Positions 1 through 10,449 are shown, numbered from the stretch's first letter. The stretch is DNA of 64,000 nucleotides from an uncultured delta proteobacterium (GCA_963745035.1 CAVUVW010000014.1:864001-928000); one strand, 5' to 3'. Made by a program: numbers and translations. Notes: a model not told the origin generated them from the letters alone.

Positions 1-1002
1 GCGCTCATCGCTGGACCGCTCGGCGCAAGTCTGGCTGCCTTGTGCGTGGTGTGGGCTCCCGGGTTCTTCGTGATCTTATTTCTGGCATTGATGATGGGCG
101 CTGCAGATAGTTTGTGGTCCATCGCGCGCGAGGTGGCAGGTATCGATCTCGCGCATCGCAGCCAGCGTGGCAGAGTGATCAGCGGGCTGCACGGCGTGCA
201 CACCATTGGCGCGGCGTTTTCGCCGTTTGCCGGCGGCTGGCTTACCGAAACATTCGGCTTCGAGGCGGCCTTCGTCGGCTACGCCGTTGCGACCGCGTTG
301 TCCGTTCCGTTGGGCCTTGCGGCACCGAAAGCAATCGTTCACCACGCGGAGAAACCCAACGATGTGCCCCGAGGCTGGAGTCCGCTGGCAATCATCAAGC
401 GCCTGCGTGGGATAAAGGATCTCTATCGGGAAATCGATCCGAGCTTGCGGCCGACTTATTGCGCGATCACCTTCGCGACCTTGGTCAATCAGTCCCAGCG
501 CGTGATCGTGCAGAGCATGCTGCCGCTCTACGCCGCTTATTACTTGCATCTTTCGCCCACGCAAATCGGCATGCTGTTCACCGTCTCGGGGGTCATTGTT
601 TTTGCCATGATCTTGCCGGCGGGCTACCTCATGGATCGCGTCGGGCGGAAGTGGTGCACGGTTCCAAGCACGGCGATTCCCGGGGTCGTGTTTTTGCTTA
701 TTCCCATGACCGGCAGCTTTGCGCAGCTTGCTATCCTGGCGGGCGTGACCGGCTTGGCGCAGGGACTTTCATTGGGATCGCTCGCGACTTCGACCTACGA
801 CGTCGTGCCGGCGCACGCGCGCGGCCGCTTGCAGGCGCTGCGCCGGACCATCGCCGAATTGGGCAGCGGCGTTGCGCCTCTGATCGGCGGCTATCTGGCC
901 AACGTGTATAACCCCGGCGTGCCGTTTTTGATCTACGCGCCGTTGCTTTTGCTCTCGGGGGCGCTGCTCGCGGTAATCGGCAAAGAGACGCTGCAGCGAT
1001 GA
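1..1002 (+). CDS. MFS transporter (5' end outside window)
   Basis: Frame open from base 1. Multiple TM helices and MFS motif A (GYLMDRVGRK) in the C-terminal half. Confidence 0.85.
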   Translation, partial: ALIAGPLGASLAALCVVWAPGFFVILFLALMMGAADSLWSIAREVAGIDLAHRSQRGRVISGLHGVHTIGAAFSPFAGGWLTETFGFEAAFVGYAVATALSVPLGLAAPKAIVHHAEKPNDVPRGWSPLAIIKRLRGIKDLYREIDPSLRPTYCAITFATLVNQSQRVIVQSMLPLYAAYYLHLSPTQIGMLFTVSGVIVFAMILPAGYLMDRVGRKWCTVPSTAIPGVVFLLIPMTGSFAQLAILAGVTGLAQGLSLGSLATSTYDVVPAHARGRLQALRRTIAELGSGVAPLIGGYLANVYNPGVPFLIYAPLLLLSGALLAVIGKETLQR

Positions 1003-1173
1003 GGAGGGCGATTCGGCTGCGAATACGTCTATAAACCTCAAACCTCTCGGAATCGCGCGGCTAAATACTCCGGCAGAGCAGTGGCCAGAACCGTCTCGGC
1101 AATCGGCAATCGACGATAACCTTTCGGGCGAACAGCCGGCATGGTCGCGACCAACCACTCATATGATCGGATG

Positions 1174-1647
1174 CTATGCCCCTCGGTCGCTGCGTCTCAA
1201 GTACATTTTTATGCCGAAATCGTAGAGAGTTTCGGGTGAGAAGCTCTCCATGTCATCGTCATAAGTCACCGTTGCCGAATTCTTCGACCAGTGAATGATA
1301 AATCGGCCGGCGCTTTTTCGGTCCAAGTAGTCGCCGAGCACACGTAAAGCGAAGGATAGATCGCGACGGTCTCGCGGGCTACCCGGTTCGCGCTGCAATC
1401 TTCGCTGCGTGTCGACCCGAAGAATTTCTGAAGCTGTAAATGATACGGGGTTGGGAATTTCCAGATCGTGCTGGCCGAAAAGTTTGCTCCTGACTTTTGC
1501 AAGAAGCCCTCGCTGTCGTTCTTTGCTAAACTCCGCCGAGGACACGATATATTCATCTCCGATTTTCACCAATTCGAAGGAGTCCAAGGACAGAACGCCC
1601 AAATTTTGACCGATGACCCTCAGAGATTGCGCGTTTGAAAGCGGCAT
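1174..1647 (-). CDS. Hypothetical protein with an internal two-fold repeat
   Basis: 157-aa ORF with protein-like composition. Repeated motif QSLRVIGQNL / FALRVLGDYL. Confidence 0.7.
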   Translation of the reverse strand: MPLSNAQSLRVIGQNLGVLSLDSFELVKIGDEYIVSSAEFSKERQRGLLAKVRSKLFGQHDLEIPNPVSFTASEILRVDTQRRLQREPGSPRDRRDLSFALRVLGDYLDRKSAGRFIIHWSKNSATVTYDDDMESFSPETLYDFGIKMYLRRSDRGA

Positions 1648-1740
1648 TGGTTTCGCTGCCGATGCGCCATGAACTCTTTCAAAGCTGCACGAATAGAGTA
1701 CAACTTGGTTCCCCGCCTAACAACGGGCAACCAACGCAAG

Positions 1741-2054
1741 AACAAAATCTACTCGCTTAGAGACCTGAGGCTTTGACGTTCACCGAGATGGCGCAAAAGC
1801 TATCGAGAGCCGTCGGGCGCATGATCACATTTATCGATGTGCCACCGGAGTCCATGCGCGCGGCGCTTGACGGCTTTGGATTCCCGCCCTGGCAGGCGGA
1901 CGGCCTGTTCGAGGAATTCGCGATTTATCGACGCGGCGAGGCTGCTACCGTCGAACCAGGTATGGATGAAGCCTTGCGGCGGCCCGCTCGTTCGTTCGAG
2001 GAGTTCGCGCGCGCGATTACGCGTCTACGCTCATGTGATGAATACGCCGTGTAA
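1741..2054 (+). pseudogene. C-terminal remnant of an NmrA/AzoB-type NAD(P)H-binding protein
   Basis: Decayed NKIYSL..PEALTF then EMAQKLSRAVGRMITFIDVPPE...RPARSFEEFAR. No Rossmann N-terminus. Confidence 0.7.
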
Positions 2055-2124
2055 TCGAGGTTGTCGTTTTCACGGGGGTAAGGACCCTCAGCGAATTGTT
2101 CAGCGCGATACTCCGGTTGTCCGG

Positions 2125-3027
2125 TTAGCCTTCATACGCCTTGTGCAACTCGGCGAGATTGAACTTTTTCATTTTGAGGAACGCCTGCGTCACACGCGCG
2201 ATTTGCTCGGGACTGCCGTCGCGCATCATTTTATCCATCTCGGTCGGAACGATCTGCCAGGAAATGCCGAATTTATCCTTGAGCCAGCCGCACTGCTCGG
2301 CTTCAGGAACGGCGGATAGTTTCTCCCAGCAATAATCAATTTCTTTCTGTGTGTCACAGTTCACCATTAATGAGATCGCCTCGTTGAATTTGAAATTATG
2401 TTCGTGCGCGCTGTCCATCGCGGCGAACCATTGACCTTCGAGCATGAAATCAGTGAACATGACGGCTCCTTCTTTGTCGGGCGCCTGTCCTGCGCCGTAG
2501 CGGACAATCGCGCCGCGCTTGGCGTGCTTGAATGTTGAAAGATATAAATCAGAGGCTTCTTCCGCCTTGCCGTAAACATTTCCTACGAACAGAAGAGACG
2601 GAATAATGACTGGCCGCTCCTCGCCTTCGGGGTTTGTGAGGATGAGCTGCCACGACAGACCATAACGATCCTGTACCCAGCCGTAGCGCTCGCTGAATGG
2701 ATATTTATCGAGCGGCATCAATATATTCCCGCCCGCCGATAGTTTCTCCCACAGTTTGTCGATCCGCGTTTTGGCATCTTTGTCTTGCGACGGATCGAAG
2801 TTAACCATGAAAGATATTGATGGATTGAATTTGAACAGGGGGCCGGCACTGATGGCCATGAAACGGTATCCCCACAGCTCAAATGACACAAGATCGCAAT
2901 CTCCCGATGGCGTGTTATGGAGTGTGGTTATGTTCGTTACTTTTGAGTCTGGAAAAGTAGAAGTGTAGAACTCGGCCGCTTCTTTGGCCTCTTTATCGAA
3001 CCATAAGTGTGGAATGATCTTTTGCAT
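2125..3027 (-). CDS. Double-domain VOC family protein (PhnB / 3-demethylubiquinone-9 3-methyltransferase-like)
   Basis: [19 protein letters not shown]. Two repeats ending [14 protein letters not shown] and [16 protein letters not shown]. Confidence 0.9.
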   Translation of the reverse strand: MQKIIPHLWFDKEAKEAAEFYTSTFPDSKVTNITTLHNTPSGDCDLVSFELWGYRFMAISAGPLFKFNPSISFMVNFDPSQDKDAKTRIDKLWEKLSAGGNILMPLDKYPFSERYGWVQDRYGLSWQLILTNPEGEERPVIIPSLLFVGNVYGKAEEASDLYLSTFKHAKRGAIVRYGAGQAPDKEGAVMFTDFMLEGQWFAAMDSAHEHNFKFNEAISLMVNCDTQKEIDYCWEKLSAVPEAEQCGWLKDKFGISWQIVPTEMDKMMRDGSPEQIARVTQAFLKMKKFNLAELHKAYEG

Positions 3028-3122
3028 AGGAGCTCCTTTCCATCAGTTTTGTTGTGAATAGCGTGAATCGAACTTGTTGGCGTTACATGTAGCCATCCGA
3101 TACGCGACGAAGGCGGCGGACA

Positions 3123-4070
3123 CTACCGGTAGTCGTTCGGGTCGGCATTTCGATCGCCATTCTCGACGGCCTGACTGTATCGCCACACGTCGGGGCGGGA
3201 CCCGTCAATGTCCGTGAAACCGTATTCCGCCGCGACCTGGGCCGATGTCACGGACTGCTGGTTCCATCGCTGACGCCTCGGGTCAGTCGCAAGCGCCACA
3301 ACCGCACGTCCCACATAGCGCGGCGATTCGGATACCGCGAACCCGGGCGGAGCCGCCGCCGTGCGCCAGTTGTTCTCGGTGACCTTGTAGGCGTCCAGCA
3401 TCATCTCTGACCGAAGCCATCCAGGTGTGATCGCCACTGCCGTCGCCTGGTGCTGCGTGAGCTCATGCCCTTGGGAGAACGCCAGGCGATTCACCGCCAC
3501 CTTGGCCAAGTCGTAGAACACCGAGATGCGGTATCGCGATGCGTTGTAATCCGACGTTCCGTCGGTCACCTCGACTAGGAGGCCTCCGGGGCGGTTAATC
3601 AGGAGCGGCAGGAGGTGGAACGAGGTTATCAGATGGGTATCAACGGCGAGGCGAACGATCCGGAGGCCTTTCTGTAGATCAAGTTGCCAGATGGGTTTGT
3701 TCCAGTCGGGTGGTCCGCCTTTGAGCTGTTCCGCGCCCCAGATGTCGTTCACCAATATGTCAATGTGGCCGTGCGCCTCTCGAATCTGGTCAGCCAGACG
3801 CCTGACTTGGTCGGCATCGAGATGGTCGACAATGACCGCAATGCCGTGGCCACCTAACGACGTGACGAGTTCAGCGGTTTCCTCGATCGTCTCAGGGCGG
3901 TCGTAGTCGGATTGCAGGGAGCGACTGCGGCTGCTGCGACCGCTACAGATGACTGTGGCGCCGGCCTCTCCCAGGGCGGCCGCGATACCACGGCCGGCCC
4001 CTCGCGTGGCCCCGGCAACGACCGCGATGCGACCATGCAAGGCGTCCGGATCTGGATACCATTTTGTCAT
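3123..4070 (-). CDS. SDR family oxidoreductase (DHRS1-like)
   Basis: VVAGATRGAGRGIA, DILVNDIWG, YDLAK catalytic motif, TPGWLRSE. Confidence 0.9.
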   Translation of the reverse strand: MTKWYPDPDALHGRIAVVAGATRGAGRGIAAALGEAGATVICSGRSSRSRSLQSDYDRPETIEETAELVTSLGGHGIAVIVDHLDADQVRRLADQIREAHGHIDILVNDIWGAEQLKGGPPDWNKPIWQLDLQKGLRIVRLAVDTHLITSFHLLPLLINRPGGLLVEVTDGTSDYNASRYRISVFYDLAKVAVNRLAFSQGHELTQHQATAVAITPGWLRSEMMLDAYKVTENNWRTAAAPPGFAVSESPRYVGRAVVALATDPRRQRWNQQSVTSAQVAAEYGFTDIDGSRPDVWRYSQAVENGDRNADPNDYR

Positions 4071-4212
4071 TGCGCCCTCCGATACCTTCTTGGGCTCCCG
4101 CCTGGTGCACCCACTTGCGCCTTCCCAGCTATAAATATACTGCCGAATGTCCGCTGGTAATCGCTTCTCCTTGCGTCATGCGACCAACGAAGCACTGGTT
4201 GTCGGAAATACG

Positions 4213-4285
4213 GCCTAACGGCATGCAGCTAAGCGGTCAAAAAACTCAATACCATAATCTACCACGGTTCCAGCGGGTTTTAGGC
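4213..4285 (-). repeat. Degenerate integron attC-like site
   Basis: Minus strand reads GCCTAA(-)AACCCGCTGGAACCG...CCGCTTAGCTGCATGCCGTTAGGC. GTTRRRY end intact, RYYYAAC end one base short, imperfect L boxes. Lies just downstream of a stop codon. Confidence 0.45.
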
Positions 4286-4316
4286 TTCGTTGAGCTCATG
4301 TTTTTCTTTCCTCATG

Positions 4317-5296
4317 TCACTTGTTCCCAAGATCATCCGCGATCTTACCGGCGTGATAGCCCTTGGATCCAACCTTTATCGACAACCGGCTACGAAACTC
4401 CTCATTAGAGCGTAACTTTCCGAGCACGTATTCAAAGTCATAAAGCGGTTTCCAAGCCAAATCTCGTCGCGCCTTTTCGTTGACATACACACGATCAATG
4501 CTCGGAAACATCTTCCAACCGCGCCGCGCGTATTCCTCTTCATAGCCGGGGAACCGTCGGCTCACCACCGGCGGCGCGTTCATGCGCAATCGAACAAGTC
4601 TTCAGGTGAAAACGGCGTTGTCGCGGTTATGATGTAGCGGCCGAAGCCAATCGAAGGAGCCCGCGCAAGCGCGAGCAAATGGGCGCTCACGACGTCCTCG
4701 AGATCCACACGGCGGTAGAGATACTCGTTCGCTTTGACGTTGCCGTCATCATACGCCTGCCGTGTCGCTTCGCAGTCGTCCTCTTCCGGAAAAAAGCGCG
4801 AAGTTCTCAGGATGACGCACGCCAAACCGTGATCGCGATGAAAGAGTTCGCAAAGATCCTCGGCCGCAGTCTTCGTCACGCCGTAGATGTTCTTGGGAAC
4901 AGGGCCGACGTCTTCGGTTATCCAAGCGGCGGGAGCGCCGACAGGCGGCGTTAATGCCCCGCCGAAAGCGCTGGTCGTGCTCGTGAAGACAAACGAGTGA
5001 ACGCCCTGCAAGGCGGCTTCTTCCAAAAGGTTGAGCGTTCCCTTGATGTTGGTTTCAACGAAGTCCTGCCGGCTATGTGTGATGACATGTGGCTTATGCA
5101 AGCCGGCCGTATGGAGCACCGCGTCGATTCCCTCCATGCACCGCTTCACATAAGCGCGGTCTGCGATCGACCCCACCCGGCTGGTAAACGGGGAGGTGAC
5201 AATGTCGAGGCCAACGACTTGGTGGCTCGTATCCTGCAACGTGCGAACGAGCGCTTCACCGAGGTGACCCGCGCTCCCAGTAACAAGCACTTTCAT
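4317..5296 (-). CDS. NAD-dependent epimerase/dehydratase (frameshift near 4590)
   Basis: MKVLVTGSAGHLG and YGVTK. C-terminus (DRVYVNEKARRDLAWKP) continues in ORF 4317-4589. Confidence 0.85.
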
Positions 5297-5505
5297 TCTT
5301 GTTCCTTTCCTTTAGGGACGTCCTCCATCGTGAGGAGCGGCCTGTGTTCGATTCTATGACGTCAATGCTCGCATTGCGCGGCGCGCACACCTTATTGCTG
5401 TCGTCAGCAATGATACCCAGTTGAATAAGCCGTTCGTTGAGGTCGTTGATCGCCACTGTTCAGTTTTTTGGTTCAGGACTTTGAACCAGCGTAACATAGC
5501 TCGTC

Positions 5506-5520
5506 GCAACGATCGTGCCC
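5506..5520 (-). promoter_or_regulatory. Sigma-54 -24/-12 promoter candidate
   Basis: Minus strand GGGCACGATCGTTGC (GG-N10-GC), upstream of the epimerase. Palindrome TGCTGA-N4-TCGGCA at 5616-5631. Confidence 0.55.
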
Positions 5521-5880
5521 AACCGCATCGAACCTTACCTGATCAATAAGTCGCGAGAATCTCGGGCTTAGAAGCGTCACGTTTCGCGACGATGGAATGT
5601 TTGACTAATAGAATGTGCTGATGTATCGGCATCCGCCGAAATGATGGCATTGAGAAATTGAAGCGATAATGGTTGTGGTGATGGCGGCACAGGAACTCGA
5701 AACGTGCTCGTTGTCATTCGACAGCCGGGTCGCCTCCCGGTAGCCGCCCCTCACCGCTTGTGGTCCGCGGCCGACTCACCGAAGTGGGGAAGGGCCCGAT
5801 TGCTTGAGCCGTCGTGGCGCGGGATCGGAACGCTCTGTGAGCAGTCGTTGGGTTCATACCCCCCAACCACAGCCTCGGAG

Positions 5881-6372
5881 CTACTCGCCGATGAGGCGCA
5901 GGTTGTAGGCCGCCTTGAGGCTGGGAATCCAGTCGTCGAAGAATCGGATGCCGTGCGGCTCGCCAAGGCGATTCAGTTCGTCGAGTCCGATCGGCCCTTG
6001 GCGCAACCGCTCTCCGAAGTCCTTGAAGAAGAGCTCGAACCCACCCGGCGTGTACAGCTCGATGATGCGTGCGGGCTCGGGCCCCGCGTTCCACATGGTG
6101 TGGGGAATCCGGCGAGGCTTCAGCACCCAGCTGCCGGGCGTCGCCTTGACGACCTCATCGCCGACCCGAGCGTGCATCTCCCCCTCGAGCACGTAGAGCC
6201 ACACATCGTTCTCGTGCACGTGTGGCGGTAAGAGAAGACCCGGCTCGAACGGCTGCTCGATGATCGAGATGACCCCGTTCGTCTCCTCGCCGTAAAGCTT
6301 GATGATGACGCCGCTGGCGTCGTCACCCTCATCCCTAGCGATCAGCTTCTTGCCTTTGATGCGTTCACGCAT
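5881..6372 (-). CDS. Cupin domain protein
   Basis: PPHVHEND..YVLEGEM...PRRIPHTMWN motifs. RBS AAGGAGG. Confidence 0.9.
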   Translation of the reverse strand: MRERIKGKKLIARDEGDDASGVIIKLYGEETNGVISIIEQPFEPGLLLPPHVHENDVWLYVLEGEMHARVGDEVVKATPGSWVLKPRRIPHTMWNAGPEPARIIELYTPGGFELFFKDFGERLRQGPIGLDELNRLGEPHGIRFFDDWIPSLKAAYNLRLIGE

Positions 6373-6470
6373 GGCTCGCCTCCTTGTGATGTATCGGTTC
6401 TTCTGGATTAAATTGTAGGTCTGGTATTTCGCGCAGCAATTCGCAAAACTTGCAGACGAGGTATGCGAAG

Positions 6471-7367
6471 ATGCACGGTTTGGATTGGGATGATCTGCGT
6501 GCTTTTCTGGCGGTGAGCGAGAGCGGCTCCGTTTCCGGCGCGGCGAAGTTTCTGAACGTGAACCATTCTACCGTGCTCCGCCGCCTCGCAAGTTTGGAGA
6601 AACGGCTCGGCGCTCGACTGTTCGACCGCTTGCCGAGAGGGTATGAGCTAACCGCGCAGGGGGAGGAGCTGCGCAATCGACTGCACGGTGTAAGCGAACA
6701 GATCGACAGCGCGCAAAGAAGTTTGAGCGGGCGAGACCTCGGAGTCGCCGGGGCCATTCGCATCACGACCACCGATACCTTGATGCACGGGTTGCTGATG
6801 CCTTATCTCGCCGAATTTCGCGCTTCGAATCCGGCGATTCAGATGGAGATCGTGATCAACAATACTTTCTTGAATTTGACCCGCCGCGAAGCCGATATTG
6901 CGGTGCGTCCATCGAACACGGTTCCGGAGAATCTTGTGGGCAGGCGCGTCGGTTGTCTTCGGACGGCTATCTATGGCTCGAAGAAATATCTGAAAGAGAA
7001 CGGGGGAAAGAAAGAGTGGGCCGCCCACGTTTGGGTCGCGCCGGACGAAGCGTTATCGCATTTGGCCCAAGCAAAATGGATGCGAGACAATATTCCCGCA
7101 GATCGCATCGTGGTCCGTATCGACAGTCTTCTAGAGATGGTTGCTGCCGTGCGAGACGGTATGGGAGTGGGACTGCTGTTATGCATTCTCGCCGACCATG
7201 AACCAGACATCGTGCCTCTCGCGGAACCGATAGACGAACTCGAAACCGACCTCTGGATACTGACCCATCCCGCTCTCAAAGGCGTGGCTCGTGTCAAAGC
7301 ATTGACTGACTTTCTCTATGACAGACTGCGCGCGAACGACAGGCTGCTTTGTGTCAGTCCACGGTAG
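6471..7367 (+). CDS. LysR family transcriptional regulator
   Basis: LDWDDLRAFLAV..GSVSGAAKFLNVNHSTVLRRL HTH. Divergent from the cupin. Confidence 0.93.
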   Translation: MHGLDWDDLRAFLAVSESGSVSGAAKFLNVNHSTVLRRLASLEKRLGARLFDRLPRGYELTAQGEELRNRLHGVSEQIDSAQRSLSGRDLGVAGAIRITTTDTLMHGLLMPYLAEFRASNPAIQMEIVINNTFLNLTRREADIAVRPSNTVPENLVGRRVGCLRTAIYGSKKYLKENGGKKEWAAHVWVAPDEALSHLAQAKWMRDNIPADRIVVRIDSLLEMVAAVRDGMGVGLLLCILADHEPDIVPLAEPIDELETDLWILTHPALKGVARVKALTDFLYDRLRANDRLLCVSPR

Positions 7368-7401
7368 TTCATGCCGGTAATATTAAAACGATCCCTCGAT
7401 T

Positions 7402-7824
7402 CTAAGGGCTTGTATACTGGGCAAATACCTCGGCTCCCGTGAGGTTCTTTGTCTCGTTGGAGAATGCATAGAACGAAGGCTTCTCATCGATGAAAATCTG
7501 TTGGTCAAAGACCCATTGCTTGCCGTCGTCGAGCAGCCCGACAGGAACCGCGTAGTGTCCCTCCTTCTTCAGGCGGTAGAAGAGATGGCTTCCACACCGA
7601 CTGCAGAAGCCGCGCTCGGCCCAATCCGAGGAATTGAAGACCGATATCTTGTCATCACCTTCGAAATGTACGTCGTGTCCACATTCGATGGCCAGCAAGG
7701 GGCCGCCGCCCCACTTCCGGCACATACTGCAATGGCAGGCACCCACGCTCTTCGTCGATGCTTTTACTGAAATACGGACCGCACCGCACAGACAGGTTCC
7801 TCTTCGTTCCTTCTCATCGGCCAT
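7402..7824 (-). CDS. GFA / CENP-V family protein
   Basis: GTCLCGAV, CHCSMCRKW, RGFCSRCGSHLF. RBS AGGAGGA before ATG 7824. Confidence 0.92.
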   Translation of the reverse strand: MADEKERRGTCLCGAVRISVKASTKSVGACHCSMCRKWGGGPLLAIECGHDVHFEGDDKISVFNSSDWAERGFCSRCGSHLFYRLKKEGHYAVPVGLLDDGKQWVFDQQIFIDEKPSFYAFSNETKNLTGAEVFAQYTSP

Positions 7825-7925
7825 ATTAATCCTCCTATCAATTGGTCGCCATCCGGTTTTCCTTTGTCTTTCGAAGCGCTCGGCTGCGGTGTTGTTAAGA
7901 TTTAGCTGGAACACTTTTCAGCCAC

Positions 7926-8495
7926 TCACTCCAGTGGGAACGATATCCAGCTGTCGATCGAGTCCAAGTCCACCAGTGAGATCTCGCCTTTTTGCCGCCG
8001 TGTGCGGCGCAGCAGTTTTCGCCTCATAACCTCGGTAATCAGGTGAGAGAGTGATACATGAGGTTCTGTCTTTAGGGAAAGGATTTCGTCACGCGAAAGT
8101 GGCGACATGAATATGCTTAGCCGTTCCACTTCAGCCAGAGCAGAGGAAGTCTGTAAGTCCCGCCCTACAAACGCATTGCCTTCGAAGAAAACGTCGCCAT
8201 GGTTCAGTGACTCCGATAAATGCTGAATGTCAAGGGCCTGTAGATCGCTGCGCACATCCAAAACGACGAACGAGTCCTTGCTCTTCAGATCTTCAATTTC
8301 GTTGCGAGAGCGAAAATGGTAGTCGACTCCGTCCACTTCCCCTGGTCGAGGCGCACGGCTGTTGTAAAGGACGAGAGGTTGTAAACTCTTTCGCAACTCA
8401 GGATAGAGTCTAGCGAGAGCTTTTGCCAAAGGGGTTTTCCCTACGCAGGAAGGGCCGGAAAGAATAACAAGACGTCCGCTGCGTTCGGTGGGCAT
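7926..8495 (-). CDS. Guanylate-kinase-like P-loop protein, probably C-terminally truncated
   Basis: [14 protein letters not shown]-loop and [16 protein letters not shown]. Ends shortly after the LID region. Confidence 0.75.
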   Translation of the reverse strand: MPTERSGRLVILSGPSCVGKTPLAKALARLYPELRKSLQPLVLYNSRAPRPGEVDGVDYHFRSRNEIEDLKSKDSFVVLDVRSDLQALDIQHLSESLNHGDVFFEGNAFVGRDLQTSSALAEVERLSIFMSPLSRDEILSLKTEPHVSLSHLITEVMRRKLLRRTRRQKGEISLVDLDSIDSWISFPLE

Positions 8496-8608
8496 GGTTG
8501 CCTCCCTTCTTCTCGCTCACGCCGGCGCCCGGCTTGGGTGGGCCGTGCCCTTTCGATTTCTGCTACGGGCTCGAAACAATCGGGCCGGCCGTACCGTGTG
8601 ACGTGGTT

Positions 8609-9202
8609 TCACCGTTTGATTTCACGAACGACGGGAAGATTCAGATCCACCTCCCAGGACAATCTTAGCTTCTCGTGACCTTTTTCCGACTCCGAATAGC
8701 TTCCCTTGCTTTTTAGCATCAGCCCCTTCCCGTCGAATTTGTAGTCAGAAAAGTATTTTTCCAGCTCTTCAGGTTTCCATGCCACGGTTCTGGCCACCGT
8801 CGTACCGGGGACCACATAACTCAGATTCGCCTGCCAGATCTTCCTGTCCTTACCCAGGTACAGCACAAGAGCCGCGTAGCTTGTCTTTCGCAATTCCTTC
8901 GCGTCATTCTCCAGAATGTCAGCTTTAGTTTTCTCCGTGACGGGCTGGGGGAAGAACTGCACTTCGAGCCCGTCGGAATTTCCCGGCATTAGGCCGTGCG
9001 CCAGTGTGACATACGCGGCTTGGGCTGCGATTTTGCTGTGCCCCGGCGTCAGCGGCCTGGAGTCTTTGACAACCAATTCAAAAACGGCCCGAGTCTGAAA
9101 GTCACGCAACGTAAAAGGCCCATACGAACTCCCGTGAAGGGGGCTCAAGGCAACCGAGATCACGACGATTACAGCTCGCGCCATCGCAGAAGTTAATCGC
9201 AT
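8609..9202 (-). CDS. Secreted hypothetical protein
   Basis: 197-aa ORF with a hydrophobic N-terminal signal-like segment and a beta-rich body. Confidence 0.65.
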   Translation of the reverse strand: MRLTSAMARAVIVVISVALSPLHGSSYGPFTLRDFQTRAVFELVVKDSRPLTPGHSKIAAQAAYVTLAHGLMPGNSDGLEVQFFPQPVTEKTKADILENDAKELRKTSYAALVLYLGKDRKIWQANLSYVVPGTTVARTVAWKPEELEKYFSDYKFDGKGLMLKSKGSYSESEKGHEKLRLSWEVDLNLPVVREIKR

Positions 9203-9301
9203 AGTTGTTTACTGCCAATGCCCGGTATATTAACCGAGTTCGTTGGTCGCGTGAACTAGCTTCTTTCAAACTGTGAGTCTGCGACAAAGACGCTCGGCTG
9301 G

Positions 9302-9331
9302 CTTAACCATAACTTAAAATTAATTTAACCT
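9302..9331 (+). promoter_or_regulatory. Pho-box-like array (3 x YTTAA heptamer, 11-bp period)
   Basis: CTTAACC (9302), CTTAAAA (9313), TTTAACC (9324), upstream of the CHAD gene. Confidence 0.55.
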
Positions 9332-9489
9332 TCGGGCTTGCTTTGCCCATGCGGCTTGGAGCGCTATGTAAATCTTCTAGCCCAGTGGCTGGAATCTTCA
9401 GCGGTGGGCAGCCCTGCGGCTATTCCTCCATTTTGTATGGGCCGGTCCGATTGTTAGTATAGATTAGACTAGGAATAGGAGCTTGATCG

Positions 9490-10449
9490 ATGTCATTTTG
9501 TTTCCAGGAAGACGAATCCGTAGAAGATGGAATTAAGCGGATGGTAAGTGAGGAAATTCGCCAAGCGATTAAGGAAATCGACAGCCGGAAATTGAAGCGG
9601 ACCGAAGCCATCCATGAGGTTCGTAAACACTGTAAGAAAATCCGAGGCGTGCTCAGACTCGTAAGACCTCAATTCGAACAGACTTATCAGTTTGAAAACG
9701 TTTGGTTTCGCGATACGGCGAAGGGGCTTGCTGAACTCCGCGACGCCGATGCGATCATCGAGACCTACGATAGCCTGCTTGATAAGTTCGGCAATCAAAT
9801 AGACCGGCGTACCTTTGCGCCCATGCGTCGGGCATTGACCCTTCGACGAAAAAGGATCTTCGAAAAGAGCGGCGACTTGAACCAAAAACTCAAAAAGCTT
9901 CGCAGTCGCATGAATAAGGCGGCAACGCGGATTGCGGATTGGAAGCTAACGGCCAAAGAATTCGACGGCATCGAAGGCGGGCTTGTCGCCACATATCGAC
10001 AAGCGCGCAAATCAATGTTTGCCGGCTACCGCGACCCGACCGCCGAGAATTTTCACGAATGGCGAAAGCAGGCCAAATATCACGATTTTCACATGAGATT
10101 GCTGGCTGAGTTGTGGAAGCCAGTCATGAATTCACTCTTAAAGGAGACAGATGAATTGTCGGACGTGCTCGGTGACGACCACAACCTCGATGTGCTGCAC
10201 AAGACTCTGCTCCAATCTCCGAAGAAATACGGCAAAAAACGGGATATCCAGGTACTACTTGGCCTCATCGACAGGAGAAGCGCTGAGCTGAGGGCGGAGG
10301 CAAATACAATCGGCAACAGAATCTTCGCTGAAAGGCCCAGGGCTTTTGCTCGCCGTTTCAGGGGCTATTGGGAAGCGTGGCGGTACGAGGCTGAGCTCCC
10401 ATCGAAAAAATTGAGCGAACAACCCGCCGTCATCACCGCGGCCGCATAG
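9490..10449 (+). CDS. CHAD domain protein (polyphosphate-binding)
   Basis: IHEVRKHCKKIRGVLRL, LRDAD, FHEWRKQAK, LGDDHNL. All-helical and basic. Confidence 0.92.
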   Translation: MSFCFQEDESVEDGIKRMVSEEIRQAIKEIDSRKLKRTEAIHEVRKHCKKIRGVLRLVRPQFEQTYQFENVWFRDTAKGLAELRDADAIIETYDSLLDKFGNQIDRRTFAPMRRALTLRRKRIFEKSGDLNQKLKKLRSRMNKAATRIADWKLTAKEFDGIEGGLVATYRQARKSMFAGYRDPTAENFHEWRKQAKYHDFHMRLLAELWKPVMNSLLKETDELSDVLGDDHNLDVLHKTLLQSPKKYGKKRDIQVLLGLIDRRSAELRAEANTIGNRIFAERPRAFARRFRGYWEAWRYEAELPSKKLSEQPAVITAAA

